A DNA stretch of 64,000 bases from SAR86 cluster bacterium AG-313-D11. GTDB lineage: Bacteria > Pseudomonadota > Gammaproteobacteria > Magnimaribacterales > D2472. The DNA is taken from positions 150,127 to 214,126 of the forward strand of contig QBVW01000001.1 in NCBI GenBank assembly GCA_003284215.1. Reading direction: 5' to 3'. A program made the translations under genes and the position numbers. The notes under the pieces were generated by a model that was given only the letters and a program-made list of their open reading frames with translations, searched no databases and was not told the origin of the DNA. Positions 52,657-63,552 of the stretch are shown here, piece after piece; the first letter of the stretch is position 1; each line of letters begins with the position of its first letter.

Positions 52657-53621
52657 ATTTTCCTTATTTTGGAGAAGGTTATTAAGCCTAGTATCTCATT
52701 GTAGCAGGCATGATGCTTTAATTTGTTAAGATGTTTTAAGGTTTCTTTTGTATATTTTTCTAATAAAGCGTTAATTTCTTTTTGTGTTTTTTTATTTTGT
52801 ATTAATTGATAAATTTTATTTTGATCTTTTTTTGATATCTTTGATTTCCCTAATTGACCCATAATATAATTTTTATCATTTGTATCAGCATGCTGAAGAG
52901 CAAAATATAAAGGAAATGTAATTTTCCCCTCCTTGAAATCTTTCAAGGCCGGTTTTCCTGTATCTAGTTTTAGTGCTTCATAATCGAGAATATCGTCTTG
53001 AATCTGGAATGCAGTTCCCAAAGCCTTTCCCAGCAACCCGAATGTTTTAATTTCATCTTTAGGTCTACATGCAAGCATTGCCCCAGTTTTTGCAGATGCC
53101 TCAAAAAGCCTACCTGTTTTTAAGTAGCTCACTTTGAGTAAATCTTTAAGTTCAATCAGTTGTTTTTTTTCAAAGAGCTCTAACTGAATAATTTCGCCTC
53201 TAGCTATGTCATTGGTTGCTTTTGCTAATTCATCTAATACAGAAGGAATCCCAAGTTTTACCATTAAAATAAAGGCTTTGGAATATATAAAATCACCCAT
53301 CAAGACGCTGTATGAATTTGTCCAGACTTGATTCACAGATTTCGTTCCACGTCTTCGCTCTGACTCATCCACAACATCATCGTGAACTAATGTTGCTGTA
53401 TGCAAAAGTTCAATAATACTAGCTAAATTAATTCTGCTATTGGACTTTATGTCTTTCGATTTAGAGGCAAGCAAACATAACAAAGCTCTAGTTTTTTTGC
53501 CCTCTGAATTAAATATATATTCATAAATTTCTTGAATTATTTTTTCGCTAGCAAGCTCTTTTTTGATAGTGGATTGAACTCTTCCGAGTTCGGCTTTAGT
53601 GGTTTTTTTGAGTACGTACAT
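52653..53621 (-). CDS. ispB: Octaprenyl (polyprenyl) diphosphate synthase
   Basis: 322 aa; first Asp-rich motif LVHDDVVDESERRRG, second FQIQDDILD; divergent from rplU as in E. coli. Confidence 0.9.
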   Translation of the reverse strand: MYVLKKTTKAELGRVQSTIKKELASEKIIQEIYEYIFNSEGKKTRALLCLLASKSKDIKSNSRINLASIIELLHTATLVHDDVVDESERRRGTKSVNQVWTNSYSVLMGDFIYSKAFILMVKLGIPSVLDELAKATNDIARGEIIQLELFEKKQLIELKDLLKVSYLKTGRLFEASAKTGAMLACRPKDEIKTFGLLGKALGTAFQIQDDILDYEALKLDTGKPALKDFKEGKITFPLYFALQHADTNDKNYIMGQLGKSKISKKDQNKIYQLIQNKKTQKEINALLEKYTKETLKHLNKLKHHACYNEILGLITFSKIRKI

Positions 53622-53657
53622 CTTAAATAATTAGAAGCCTAAAATTATACATAAGTA

Positions 53658-53686
53658 TTGATAATTTCCTTCAGAAAGCGTATATT
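53658..53686 (+). promoter_or_regulatory. sigma70 promoter of rplU-rpmA-obg
   Basis: TTGATA (53658-53663), 17-nt spacer, TATATT (53681-53686). Confidence 0.55.
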
Positions 53687-53707
53687 TTGCCACCTTTAGA
53701 GATAACT

Positions 53708-54025
53708 ATGTATGCAGTAATAGAAGCAGGTGGAAAACAACATAAAGTTGAGCTAGGACAAGTCTTAGAAGTCGATCTTATGCAAGAAGAATCAGGGGTG
53801 GATCATGCTTTTGAAAATGTCATGCTTTATGTAGATGGTGATGATGTTCAGATAGGACAGCCATACATAGAAAATGCCAAAGTTGTAGCTGAGATAGTTG
53901 AAGAAGTGAAAGGTGAAAAGGTTTCTATCCTTAGGTTCCGTAGAAGAAAACATAGCATGAGAAAAATTGGACACAGACAGAGATATACTCAGATTAAAAT
54001 CAAAGAAATCAACGTAGGTAAATAG
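53708..54025 (+). CDS. rplU: 50S ribosomal protein L21 (start moved from 53687 to ATG 53708)
   Basis: [14 protein letters not shown]... is the canonical L21 N-terminus. Confidence 0.95.
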   Translation: MYAVIEAGGKQHKVELGQVLEVDLMQEESGVDHAFENVMLYVDGDDVQIGQPYIENAKVVAEIVEEVKGEKVSILRFRRRKHSMRKIGHRQRYTQIKIKEINVGK

Positions 54026-54027
54026 AA

Positions 54028-54285
54028 ATGGCACATAAGAAAGCAGGTGGTTCCAGTAAAAATGGAAGAGATTCTAATTCTAAGAGACTTGGTGTGAAGC
54101 GTTTTGGTGGTCAGATTGTCAAACCAGGTGAAATTATAATACGTCAACGTGGAACTAATACTCATCCTGGTGTAAATGTTGGTATGGGTAAAGATCATAC
54201 TTTATTCGCCACTTCAGCAGGTCAAGTGCAGTTCACTTACAAAGGCATTAAGCAAAAAAAGACAGTCAACGTCATTTCCCAGTAA
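54028..54285 (+). CDS. rpmA: 50S ribosomal protein L27
   Basis: 85 aa; [43 protein letters not shown]+DHTLFA. Confidence 0.97.
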   Translation: MAHKKAGGSSKNGRDSNSKRLGVKRFGGQIVKPGEIIIRQRGTNTHPGVNVGMGKDHTLFATSAGQVQFTYKGIKQKKTVNVISQ

Positions 54286-55568
<1,283 letters not shown>

Positions 55569-55650
55569 ATCTTTAAATATAAGAAGCGCTAGTTTAATGA
55601 TGTTGGCTGTATCTGTCTACTTAATTAATCAAATATCTTAATAGACAAAA

Positions 55651-55678
55651 TGGTGAATGGTGAATGGTGAATGGTGGA
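55651..55678 (-). repeat. 7-nt tandem repeat abutting the tmRNA 3' end (minus strand: TCCACCA TTCACCA TTCACCA TTCACCA)
   Basis: Plus strand reads TGGTGAA x3 (55651-55671), then TGGTGGA, which is the tmRNA CCA end. Confidence 0.9.
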
Positions 55679-56021
55679 GGCGGCGGGAATTGAACCCGCG
55701 TCCGTTAGTTCTTCAACCTGACTTCTACATGCTTAGCTCATTCTTTATGTTTCACCTTAATGACCCGAAGAGCAGGGTATTAAAGGCTAGTCTAAATTAG
55801 GATTCGCATTACTGTGTTAAGACTCCACAGCAAAACTAGACTATGTATTTTGCCAATGCTTCAAACCATAGACAATTCTTGCATTGGTTAGCCAATTAAG
55901 CGGCTAAAGCGTAGTTGTCGTTTTCTGCAACTAATTTTTTTGTAGTATGTTTTACAAGAGTTACCACAATCTTGGCATGCGCTTTGGAATCCAATAAAAA
56001 CGTCGAACCCAATTCGCCCCC
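55672..56021 (-). ncRNA. ssrA: tmRNA (SsrA), ~350 nt
   Basis: Minus strand starts GGGGGCGAATTGGGTTCGACG and ends ...GGTTCAATTCCCGCCGCCTCCACCA. The acceptor stem has G3-U. Tag reading frame GCAGAAAACGACAACTACGCTTTAGCCGCTTAA = AENDNYALAA* (55896-55928). Adjacent to smpB. Confidence 0.93.
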
Positions 56022-56049
56022 AGGGGTGGATGATTATATATTAAAATGA

Positions 56050-56514
56050 CTAGCGATTTGAGTTTTTTAAAATTCTTTGTTTTTCTCTATTCCAATCTCT
56101 TTGCTTGACGTCTTCTCTTTGATCAAAAGTTTTCTTTCCTTTGCCTATAGCAATATCACATTTAATTTTATTTTCCTTCCAGTAGATAGACGTTAAAATA
56201 CATGTAAGGCCTTGTTGACTTACTGCCTCAAGGATATTGTTTATTTCCCTTTTGTTTAAAAGTAATTTTCTAGATCTTGTTGGGTCTATCTGATCATTTT
56301 TTAAAGATGCGGGTGGATCAATCTTAAGGCCTATCACCCATGCTTCATTATTTTTAAGAGTTACGTATGAATCTTTTACATCGACTTTTCCGTTCCTCAA
56401 ACCTTTAACCTCCCAGCCCTCTAAAACTAAGCCAGCTTGAAATTTATCACTCAAGTGATAATTTCTTGCGGCATTTTTATTCTTGACGATGATATTATTA
56501 TTTTTAGCATTCAT
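56050..56514 (-). CDS. smpB: SsrA-binding protein SmpB (start moved to ATG 56514, 154 aa)
   Basis: ...KNKNAARNYHLSDKFQAGLVLEGWEVKGLR...; C-terminal basic tail; next to ssrA. Confidence 0.93.
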   Translation of the reverse strand: MNAKNNNIIVKNKNAARNYHLSDKFQAGLVLEGWEVKGLRNGKVDVKDSYVTLKNNEAWVIGLKIDPPASLKNDQIDPTRSRKLLLNKREINNILEAVSQQGLTCILTSIYWKENKIKCDIAIGKGKKTFDQREDVKQRDWNREKQRILKNSNR

Positions 56515-56549
56515 AATGATTCTCACAATTATGAATCTGTTCAAACTAT

Positions 56550-57008
56550 TTGCAAATTTTGAGGGCACTTATGCAAAAAACTAAAGTAACTTTAATATAC
56601 TGGGGCTTATCCCTATTTATCTTTTTGGCTTTACTTCCATGGATTTTTAATCCGACAATAGCGCTTTATTCAATCCAGGCACTGGCTATTTATGGTGGAA
56701 TAATAGTTGCGTTTTTAGGAGGTATTATTTGGGGCTGGGAGGGACTTAATGCCTCATCAAAAAACCTTTGGCTTGCTATTGGGTTCTCTCTTTTGGGTCT
56801 TGGAGTATCTTTAGCAACATTTATCAATTTACCATCTAGCCTAATTTTGTTAATTTTGTCTCTGCAAGCCTTTCTAAGATTTGAGAAGAAAAATAGCACA
56901 TATTTTCAATCAAATATTAAATATGCAAATGCAAGAAATTTAATTACAAACTTAGTTACAATATGTTGCATAACCTCTTTGGCATTTTTGTATAATCCTT
57001 ACACATAA
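56550..57008 (+). CDS. Membrane protein, DUF3429-like (152 aa; alternative start 56571)
   Basis: Four or five hydrophobic segments; YGGIIVAFLGGIIWGW resembles the DUF3429 signature. Family call is from memory. Confidence 0.6.
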   Translation: MQILRALMQKTKVTLIYWGLSLFIFLALLPWIFNPTIALYSIQALAIYGGIIVAFLGGIIWGWEGLNASSKNLWLAIGFSLLGLGVSLATFINLPSSLILLILSLQAFLRFEKKNSTYFQSNIKYANARNLITNLVTICCITSLAFLYNPYT

Positions 57009-57013
57009 ATAAT

Positions 57014-58372
57014 ATGAGCGAAAATACTTTTTCAAAAATTAATGAAACTGTCTCCTGGGTAGGAAAATGGACATTTGTGCTCGCAGCAGCTGGCTCAGCG
57101 GTAGGCTTGGGAAATATTTGGGGTTTTCCATACAAAGCTGGAACAGAGGGAGGCGGAGCTTTTGTATTAATATACCTTCTCTGCATCCTTGCAGTTGGAC
57201 TACCAATCATGATGGCAGAAATAATGATTGGTAGGCGTGCTAGAAAAAGTCCGGTTAACGCTATGAAAACTGCTGCAATAGATTCTGAGCAATCAGGCAG
57301 ATGGCAGGCTGTAGGCTGGGGCGGCTTGATCTCAGGGATTTTAATTCTTTCTTTCTACAGCGTGATTGCTGGAATTTGTTTAAATTATATTATTATTGCT
57401 GCTTTTCCAACTCCTGATATTTCTTCACTTGAACAATTCAATATAGTTACTTCTTCCCCGTCTAGATTATTGTTCTGGCATTCAATATTTATAGTCTTAA
57501 ATATTATTATTATCTCAGCAGGCGTGATTGGAGGGATTGAGAGAATGGTTCGATTGTTAATGCCAATGTTATTTATTTTGATGATGGTAATGGTCATAAA
57601 CGCAATGATTAATGGTGATTTTGCCAGAGGTTTAAATTTTTTGTTTGCTCCAGATTTTTCAGAAGTAGATGCCACAACTTTTTTGAGAGCCATGGGTCAA
57701 GCATTCTTTAGTTTAAGTTTAGGCATGGGCTCCATCATGTGCTACGGATCCTATATGCCTCAGGAAGAAAATATATTTAAAACCTCACTCACGGTTGCAG
57801 GCTTGGATACTCTAATTGCTATATTAGCTGGCCTTGCAATTTTTCCTATTATATTTGCATATGGACTTGAACCAGGTGCGGGACCGGGTCTTGTATTTGT
57901 AAGCTTATTATCCGCCTTTGTTGACATGCCATTTGGCAATATTATTGGGCCAGCTTTCTTTGCATTATTATCAATCGCAGCATTAAGTAGTGCTATATCT
58001 TTGCTTGAACCAAGTGTGGCATATTTTGAGGAAGAAAAGATAGTTTCGCGTTTTTCTGCTGCTTTAACCCTCGGGCTATCTGCTTGGGTAATAGGTATAG
58101 GCAGCGTACTAAGTTTTAATGAATGGTCTGATATCTCTTTTATCGGTGATCTTAACTTTTTAGATTCAATCGACTATTTAGCTAATCAGTTTCTAATGCC
58201 TATTGGAGGCATGATGGTTGCAATTTTTGCTGGATGGTTTCTGAAGCCTAACCTTGCCCTAGATGAGTTCTCTGATATTGACCTTATGATATTCAAAACC
58301 TGGAGATTTTTTATCAAATTTATCTCTCCAGTTCTTGTTGCAGCAGTCTTCGTTTACCAGCTCGCAAGTTAA
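57014..58372 (+). CDS. Sodium-dependent transporter, neurotransmitter:sodium symporter (SNF/NSS) family
   Basis: 452 aa; N-terminal ...AAAGSAVGLGNIWGFPY... signature; about 11-12 TM segments. Confidence 0.9.
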   Translation: MSENTFSKINETVSWVGKWTFVLAAAGSAVGLGNIWGFPYKAGTEGGGAFVLIYLLCILAVGLPIMMAEIMIGRRARKSPVNAMKTAAIDSEQSGRWQAVGWGGLISGILILSFYSVIAGICLNYIIIAAFPTPDISSLEQFNIVTSSPSRLLFWHSIFIVLNIIIISAGVIGGIERMVRLLMPMLFILMMVMVINAMINGDFARGLNFLFAPDFSEVDATTFLRAMGQAFFSLSLGMGSIMCYGSYMPQEENIFKTSLTVAGLDTLIAILAGLAIFPIIFAYGLEPGAGPGLVFVSLLSAFVDMPFGNIIGPAFFALLSIAALSSAISLLEPSVAYFEEEKIVSRFSAALTLGLSAWVIGIGSVLSFNEWSDISFIGDLNFLDSIDYLANQFLMPIGGMMVAIFAGWFLKPNLALDEFSDIDLMIFKTWRFFIKFISPVLVAAVFVYQLAS

Positions 58373-58374
58373 CA

Positions 58375-58800
58375 ATGTCGAGTAGTTTTGAGGGTTCAGA
58401 AATATTTTCTGCACCCCCAGATAAAATACTTCTATTGATTAACAATTTTGAGTTATATAAAGAATTTTTACCAGGTTGCCTCGAATCTTCCCGTCTCTCT
58501 GATCTTGATGATGGCTTTGTTAGGGGCAGACTAGTATTTTCATTATTAAGTAAAATCTATTCATTTGAATCAAATAATAAAATTAGCGGTCATGAGGTTA
58601 GCATCACTCAATCTAAGGGCCCCTTTACAGATTTTCGGGCCCTTTGGACTCTTGAAGTGATAGATAAAAATCGAACAAGGGTAAAATTTAAAACTACATT
58701 TACCTTACCATTTATTCTCAAAATTCTTGCTCCTCAGTCCATGATAGACAAGGTTGGAAACAAGTTTATAAATGCTTTTGCAAGTCAGTTATTAAAATGA
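58375..58800 (+). CDS. ratA: SRPBCC-fold protein, RatA/Coq10-like
   Basis: 141 aa; ...Y.EFLPGC..S.......G.V.G.L...GPF..F...W.L pattern; followed by rnfH and bamE as in enterobacteria. Confidence 0.75.
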   Translation: MSSSFEGSEIFSAPPDKILLLINNFELYKEFLPGCLESSRLSDLDDGFVRGRLVFSLLSKIYSFESNNKISGHEVSITQSKGPFTDFRALWTLEVIDKNRTRVKFKTTFTLPFILKILAPQSMIDKVGNKFINAFASQLLK

Positions 58801-59093
58801 AAATTTATGTTTCCATTCAAAATGCAGATGCTTCTAGTTTTTTTGAGCTGGATGTTTCAGAAAGTATTACCGCAAAAGAAGTCCTAGAATTATCAGAAAT
58901 TCAAAAAATACATAAACAAGAAGTAAGTATGTTGAGAGTTGGTATAAATGGTGAGGAATTAGATGGAAAATTCAAGGCTAAGCCTCTGAATTATAGAATG
59001 TCGCAAGGGGAGAGGTTAGAAATTTACAAACCACTTTTTCAAGACCCTAAAGAAAGAAGAAAAAATAAGGCCAAGGTAAAGAAAAATTCTTAG
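58797..59093 (+). CDS. rnfH: RnfH (UPF0125/RatB) family protein
   Basis: 98 aa; ...VGINGE.....L..GERLEIYKPLFQDPKERRKNKA matches the RnfH C-terminal motif (DR.EIYRPL..DPKE.RR). Confidence 0.8.
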   Translation: MKIYVSIQNADASSFFELDVSESITAKEVLELSEIQKIHKQEVSMLRVGINGEELDGKFKAKPLNYRMSQGERLEIYKPLFQDPKERRKNKAKVKKNS

Positions 59094-59429
59094 CTATTCT
59101 ATGGAGGTTTCCTCAAGCACCCAATTATCTAACTTTTCACTATTATCAAATGATAGTGATAATTTTTTCTCACCAACCACTGTTTCACCCACTTTCACTG
59201 AATAGAAATAATCCCACCTATTTTGATGGATGGGGCTATTAAGCAGAGGAGTCCCCAAGAGATATTGCACCTGATCTTTGGTAAGGCCTTTCACAAGTTG
59301 CGCCACGTCTTCATCTTCAATAATGTTACCTTGTAAAACTGCTACCTTAAACGGCGCTAAAGAGGAGCAGCTTGATATCCCACCAAGAGATAAAATAATG
59401 ATTAAAAAGGCTTTTGTTAATTGCTTCAT
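59094..59429 (-). CDS. bamE: Outer-membrane protein assembly factor BamE (lipoprotein)
   Basis: Lipobox LGGISS-C; ...QGNIIEDEDVAQLVKGLTKDQVQYLLGTPLL......NRWDYFY. Confidence 0.88.
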   Translation of the reverse strand: MKQLTKAFLIIILSLGGISSCSSLAPFKVAVLQGNIIEDEDVAQLVKGLTKDQVQYLLGTPLLNSPIHQNRWDYFYSVKVGETVVGEKKLSLSFDNSEKLDNWVLEETSIE

Positions 59430-59474
59430 GGGTTGATTTGATTATACTTTGAAAGAGGATACATAGAAAAGTTC

Positions 59475-59882
59475 ATGAGTAAAGAAAATACTGAATTAAA
59501 AAAAGCTGGTCTAAAAGCAACCCTTCCTAGAATACGAATTTTAGAAGCTCTTGAATCCGATGATAATCGTCATTTGAGTGCTGAAGATATTTACAAGCAG
59601 CTAATTGCTTCTGGTGAGGATGTAGGTTTAGCAACTGTATATAGAGTGTTAACTCAGTTTGAATCAGCAGGTATTGTTACGCGGCATAATTTTGAAGAGG
59701 GTCATGCAGTTTATGAAATCACACCTGATGACCATCATGATCATATGGTATGTTTAGAAACTGGTAAGGTAGTTGAGTTTCACGATGAGCTAATCGAAAA
59801 ACGTCAGGAATCTATTGCAAATGAAATGGGCTATGAAATAGTTGATCACAGCATGGTTCTATACGTTAAACCTATTAAATAA
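59475..59882 (+). CDS. fur: Ferric uptake regulator
   Basis: 135 aa; LKKAGLKATLPRIRILE..., GLATVYRVLTQFE.AGIV.RHNFE.G.AVYE, HHDHMVC...G.V.EF. Confidence 0.93.
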   Translation: MSKENTELKKAGLKATLPRIRILEALESDDNRHLSAEDIYKQLIASGEDVGLATVYRVLTQFESAGIVTRHNFEEGHAVYEITPDDHHDHMVCLETGKVVEFHDELIEKRQESIANEMGYEIVDHSMVLYVKPIK

Positions 59883-59895
59883 ATTAACTTTTAAC

Positions 59896-59925
59896 CTTGA
59901 ACTAATCATGGGTCATCCCAATATA
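59896..59925 (+). promoter_or_regulatory. sigma32 (heat-shock) type promoter of grpE-dnaK-dnaJ
   Basis: CTTGAA (59896-59901), 15-nt spacer, CCCAATAT (59917-59924), versus consensus CTTGAAA-N13-15-CCCCATNT. Confidence 0.6.
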
Positions 59926-59945
59926 TCTATTAATCGGATATAAAG

Positions 59946-60515
59946 ATGGCAAAAAAACAAAAAGCAAAAGATAAAACTGATCTTAAAGATGAGTCTATAG
60001 ATAATGATATTGTTTTAGATGAGGAAGAATCGCCAGAACTAGATATAGATTCGTCTCTCGAAGAAGCCAATGAGATTCAGACTGCAGAGGATCAAATCAA
60101 GGATCTCGAAGAGGCATTATTAAGATCAAGAGCTGAGCTAGACAATGCTTTTAAAAGGAATACTTCTGATATTGAAAAAGCTCATAAATACGGGGTAGAG
60201 AGACTTCTTAATGAGCTATTACCTGTTGTAGATAATCTTGAGCATGCTCTGAACAATTTCTCTAAAGATTCAACAACAGAAGATAAAGAAGGTGTAGAGC
60301 TAACTTTGAAATCTTTTGAGTCTGCACTTGATAAATTTGGTATTAGACCCATCTATCCTGTTAATGAGCATTTTGATCCAATTAAGCATGAGGCTGTTAT
60401 GACCTCACAGGATCCAAAAAAAGAAAATAATGAAATTGAAAATATATTTCAAAGGGGTTGGGAACTTCATGACCGGGTTGTAAGACCTGCCAGAGTTTCC
60501 GTAATTAAAAATTAG
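59946..60515 (+). CDS. grpE: Nucleotide exchange factor GrpE
   Basis: 189 aa; ...LLRSRAELDN..KR..., FDP..HEA.....; precedes dnaK. Confidence 0.93.
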   Translation: MAKKQKAKDKTDLKDESIDNDIVLDEEESPELDIDSSLEEANEIQTAEDQIKDLEEALLRSRAELDNAFKRNTSDIEKAHKYGVERLLNELLPVVDNLEHALNNFSKDSTTEDKEGVELTLKSFESALDKFGIRPIYPVNEHFDPIKHEAVMTSQDPKKENNEIENIFQRGWELHDRVVRPARVSVIKN

Positions 60516-60524
60516 GAAAATATT

Positions 60525-62435
60525 ATGTCAAAGATTATAGGAATTGATTTAGGAACAACAAACAGTTGTTTAGCTGTTGTTGAGGGACAACAACCAAAAG
60601 TTATTGAAAATGCGGAGGGTGGAAGAACAACTCCATCAGTTATAGGTTATGCAGAAGATAATGAAGTTTTAGTAGGCGCTCCTGCAAAAAGACAAGCTGT
60701 AACAAATCCTGAGAAGACTTTATATGCAATCAAGAGGTTAATCGGAAGAAGATTCGATGACGATGTTGTAAAAAAAGATATGGACATGGTGCCATACGAA
60801 ATTATGAAGGCAGACAACGGTGATGCATGGGTAAAAGTTGATGATAAAAAATTAGCACCTCCTCAAATTTCAGCTGAAGTTTTAAAAAAATTAAAAAAAA
60901 CAGCAGAGGAGTATTTGGGCCATGAAGTGTCAGAGGCAGTAATTACTGTTCCAGCTTATTTTAATGATTCACAGAGGCAAGCAACAAAAGATGCAGGCAA
61001 GATAGCTGGCCTTGAAGTAAAAAGAATTATAAATGAGCCAACTGCTGCGGCATTAGCGTATGGTTTAGATAAACATACCGGCGATTCGGTTGTTGCTGTG
61101 TATGATCTTGGAGGCGGTACTTTTGATATCTCAATTATTGAGATCTCCGAGGTAGATGGCGAACATCAGTTTGAAGTATTGTCCACAAACGGTGACACAT
61201 TTTTGGGTGGAGAAGACTTCGACCTTAAATTAATTGATTATTTTGTTGATGAATTTAAAAAAGAATCTGGGTTTGATTTAAAGAGCGATCCAATGGCTCT
61301 CCAACGTTTAAAAGAAGCCGCAGAGAAAGCAAAAATTGAACTCTCTTCATCTGATCAAACTGAAATTAATCTGCCTTATATCACTGCTGATAGCTCAGGT
61401 CCCAAACATTTTGTTCATAAGATTACGCGAGCTAAACTTGAATCACTAGTTGAAGATTTGGTAGACAGAAGCTTGGCTCCACTAAAACTCGCATTAGAGG
61501 ATGCTAAGCTTTCGATCGGTGACATCAATGAGATTTTGCTTGTTGGAGGGCAAACTCGCATGCCTATGGTTCAGCAAAAGGTTAAAGATTTTTTTGGCAA
61601 AGAACCAAGAAAAGATCTTAATCCTGATGAAGCCGTTGCAGTTGGTGCTGCAATTCAGGGTTCAGTCCTGTCTGGTGATACCAAAGACGTGCTATTGCTT
61701 GATGTAACCCCTTTAACACTCGGTATTGAGACGCTAGGAGGAATCGCTACTCCATTAATTGAAAAAAATACAACCATACCAACACAAAAATCTCAGGTAT
61801 TCTCAACTGCTGAAGACAATCAATCTGCAGTGACGGTTCATGTAATTCAAGGCGAAAGAAAACAAGCAGCTCAAAATAAATCTCTGGGTCAATTCAATTT
61901 AACAGATATTCCTCCTGCTGCTAGAGGCACTCCTCAAATTGAAGTGTCTTTTGACCTAGATGCAAATGGTATTCTTAATGTAGGAGCCAAAGATAAAAAT
62001 ACTGGAAAAGAACAGTCGATTGTCATCAAGGCTTCCAGCGGACTTTCTGATGACGACATTGAGCAAATGGTAAAAGATGCTGAGGCTAATGCAGAGGATG
62101 ACAAAAAATTTGAAAGCTTGGTTCAAGCAAAAAATAATGCTGATATGCTTGTTCATGCAACTAGAAAGTCTATTTCTGAAGCTGGAGATAATCTGACCGA
62201 TGAGGAAAAAGACGGAGTAGAAGCATCTACTCTCAAACTAGAAGAAGCTATTAAGCAAGACAGTTTAGAAGCAATTGAAGAGGCTACAAAAAACCTTAAC
62301 GAGGTTCTAACCCCATTAACTCAGAAACTTTATCCTCAAGCTGAGGAAAGTGCCCCAGATGGAGCAGAAGAGACTTCTAGTGATGAGAATACAGTTGATG
62401 CTGAATTTGAAGAAGTTAAAGAAGAAGAAAAGTAA
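60525..62435 (+). CDS. dnaK: Chaperone DnaK (Hsp70)
   Basis: 636 aa; [20 protein letters not shown], acidic C-terminus. Confidence 0.98.
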   Translation: MSKIIGIDLGTTNSCLAVVEGQQPKVIENAEGGRTTPSVIGYAEDNEVLVGAPAKRQAVTNPEKTLYAIKRLIGRRFDDDVVKKDMDMVPYEIMKADNGDAWVKVDDKKLAPPQISAEVLKKLKKTAEEYLGHEVSEAVITVPAYFNDSQRQATKDAGKIAGLEVKRIINEPTAAALAYGLDKHTGDSVVAVYDLGGGTFDISIIEISEVDGEHQFEVLSTNGDTFLGGEDFDLKLIDYFVDEFKKESGFDLKSDPMALQRLKEAAEKAKIELSSSDQTEINLPYITADSSGPKHFVHKITRAKLESLVEDLVDRSLAPLKLALEDAKLSIGDINEILLVGGQTRMPMVQQKVKDFFGKEPRKDLNPDEAVAVGAAIQGSVLSGDTKDVLLLDVTPLTLGIETLGGIATPLIEKNTTIPTQKSQVFSTAEDNQSAVTVHVIQGERKQAAQNKSLGQFNLTDIPPAARGTPQIEVSFDLDANGILNVGAKDKNTGKEQSIVIKASSGLSDDDIEQMVKDAEANAEDDKKFESLVQAKNNADMLVHATRKSISEAGDNLTDEEKDGVEASTLKLEEAIKQDSLEAIEEATKNLNEVLTPLTQKLYPQAEESAPDGAEETSSDENTVDAEFEEVKEEEK

Positions 62436-62438
62436 ATA

Positions 62439-63548
62439 ATGTCACAGAGAGACTATTATGAGGTCTTGGGGGTCTCCCGAACTGCGTCAGATGCAGAATT
62501 AAAAAAAGCTTTTAAAAAATTAGCCATGAAATATCATCCAGATAGAAATCCAGATGATCCTGCTGCAAATGAGAAATTTAAAGAAGCTGCTGAGGCTTAT
62601 GAAGTCTTGTCTGATTCAGAAAAGAAATCAGCTTACGATCAATTTGGTCATGCAGGCGTTCAAGGTATGGGTGGAGGTCAAGGTGCCGGGTTCCAAGATT
62701 TTAATTTTGGAGATATTTTTGGAGATATTTTTGGTGATGTCTTCGGCGGTCGAAGCTCTGCAGGTAGGGCAGCAAGGGGCCAAGACTTGCAATATACTTT
62801 AGAACTATCTCTTAAAGATGCAATTCTTGGTGTCAAGAAAACAATAAAAATACCTGTAGATAAGTCATGTGATGTTTGTTCTGGATCTGGAGCTAAACCA
62901 GGCTCGTCTCCTGTTACCTGTAACCAGTGCAATGGTGTTGGCCAGGTCAGAATGCAACAAGGCTTTTTTTCAGTTCAACAACCCTGTAATGCATGTAGAG
63001 GTGAAGGAAGGATTATTCAGGATCACTGTAGTTCATGCAGGGGGGCTGGAGTTAAGCAAGAAACTAAATCCCTGTCTGTAAGTATTCCATCTGGCGTAGA
63101 TAATGGAGATAAAGTTAGACTAACTGGAGAAGGGGGTGCAGCAAGAGGAGGCCATACCGGCGATCTCTACGTTGCTATTCAAGTTGCACATAACGAAATT
63201 TTTGAGAGAGATGGCAGAGATTTATATTTTGAAGCCCCGATTCCATTTGAAATCGCCTTATTAGGCGGAACGATCAATGTTCCTGGTCTTGAATCAAAAA
63301 TTGCTCTAAAAATCCCTTCCTACACACAAACAGGTAAGATTTTTAGAATCAAAGGCAAAGGTGCTGCTTCAGTTCGAGATTCTCGAAGAGGTGACCTTTT
63401 ATGCAGGGTTAATGTCGAAACCCCAGTAAATCTTTCGAAGGCTCAACTCAAGATGTTTGAAGAATTTGCCAAATCAATTGCTGGCGAAGAACATCATCCA
63501 ATAAAGCAATCTTTCAAAAAAGCTTCCGACGAATTTCATAGCAAGTAG
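62439..63548 (+). CDS. dnaJ: Chaperone DnaJ
   Basis: 369 aa; J domain DYYEVLGV...KYHPDRNP; G/F region; four CxxCxGxG zinc repeats. Confidence 0.97.
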   Translation: MSQRDYYEVLGVSRTASDAELKKAFKKLAMKYHPDRNPDDPAANEKFKEAAEAYEVLSDSEKKSAYDQFGHAGVQGMGGGQGAGFQDFNFGDIFGDIFGDVFGGRSSAGRAARGQDLQYTLELSLKDAILGVKKTIKIPVDKSCDVCSGSGAKPGSSPVTCNQCNGVGQVRMQQGFFSVQQPCNACRGEGRIIQDHCSSCRGAGVKQETKSLSVSIPSGVDNGDKVRLTGEGGAARGGHTGDLYVAIQVAHNEIFERDGRDLYFEAPIPFEIALLGGTINVPGLESKIALKIPSYTQTGKIFRIKGKGAASVRDSRRGDLLCRVNVETPVNLSKAQLKMFEEFAKSIAGEEHHPIKQSFKKASDEFHSK

Positions 63549-63552
63549 AAAA

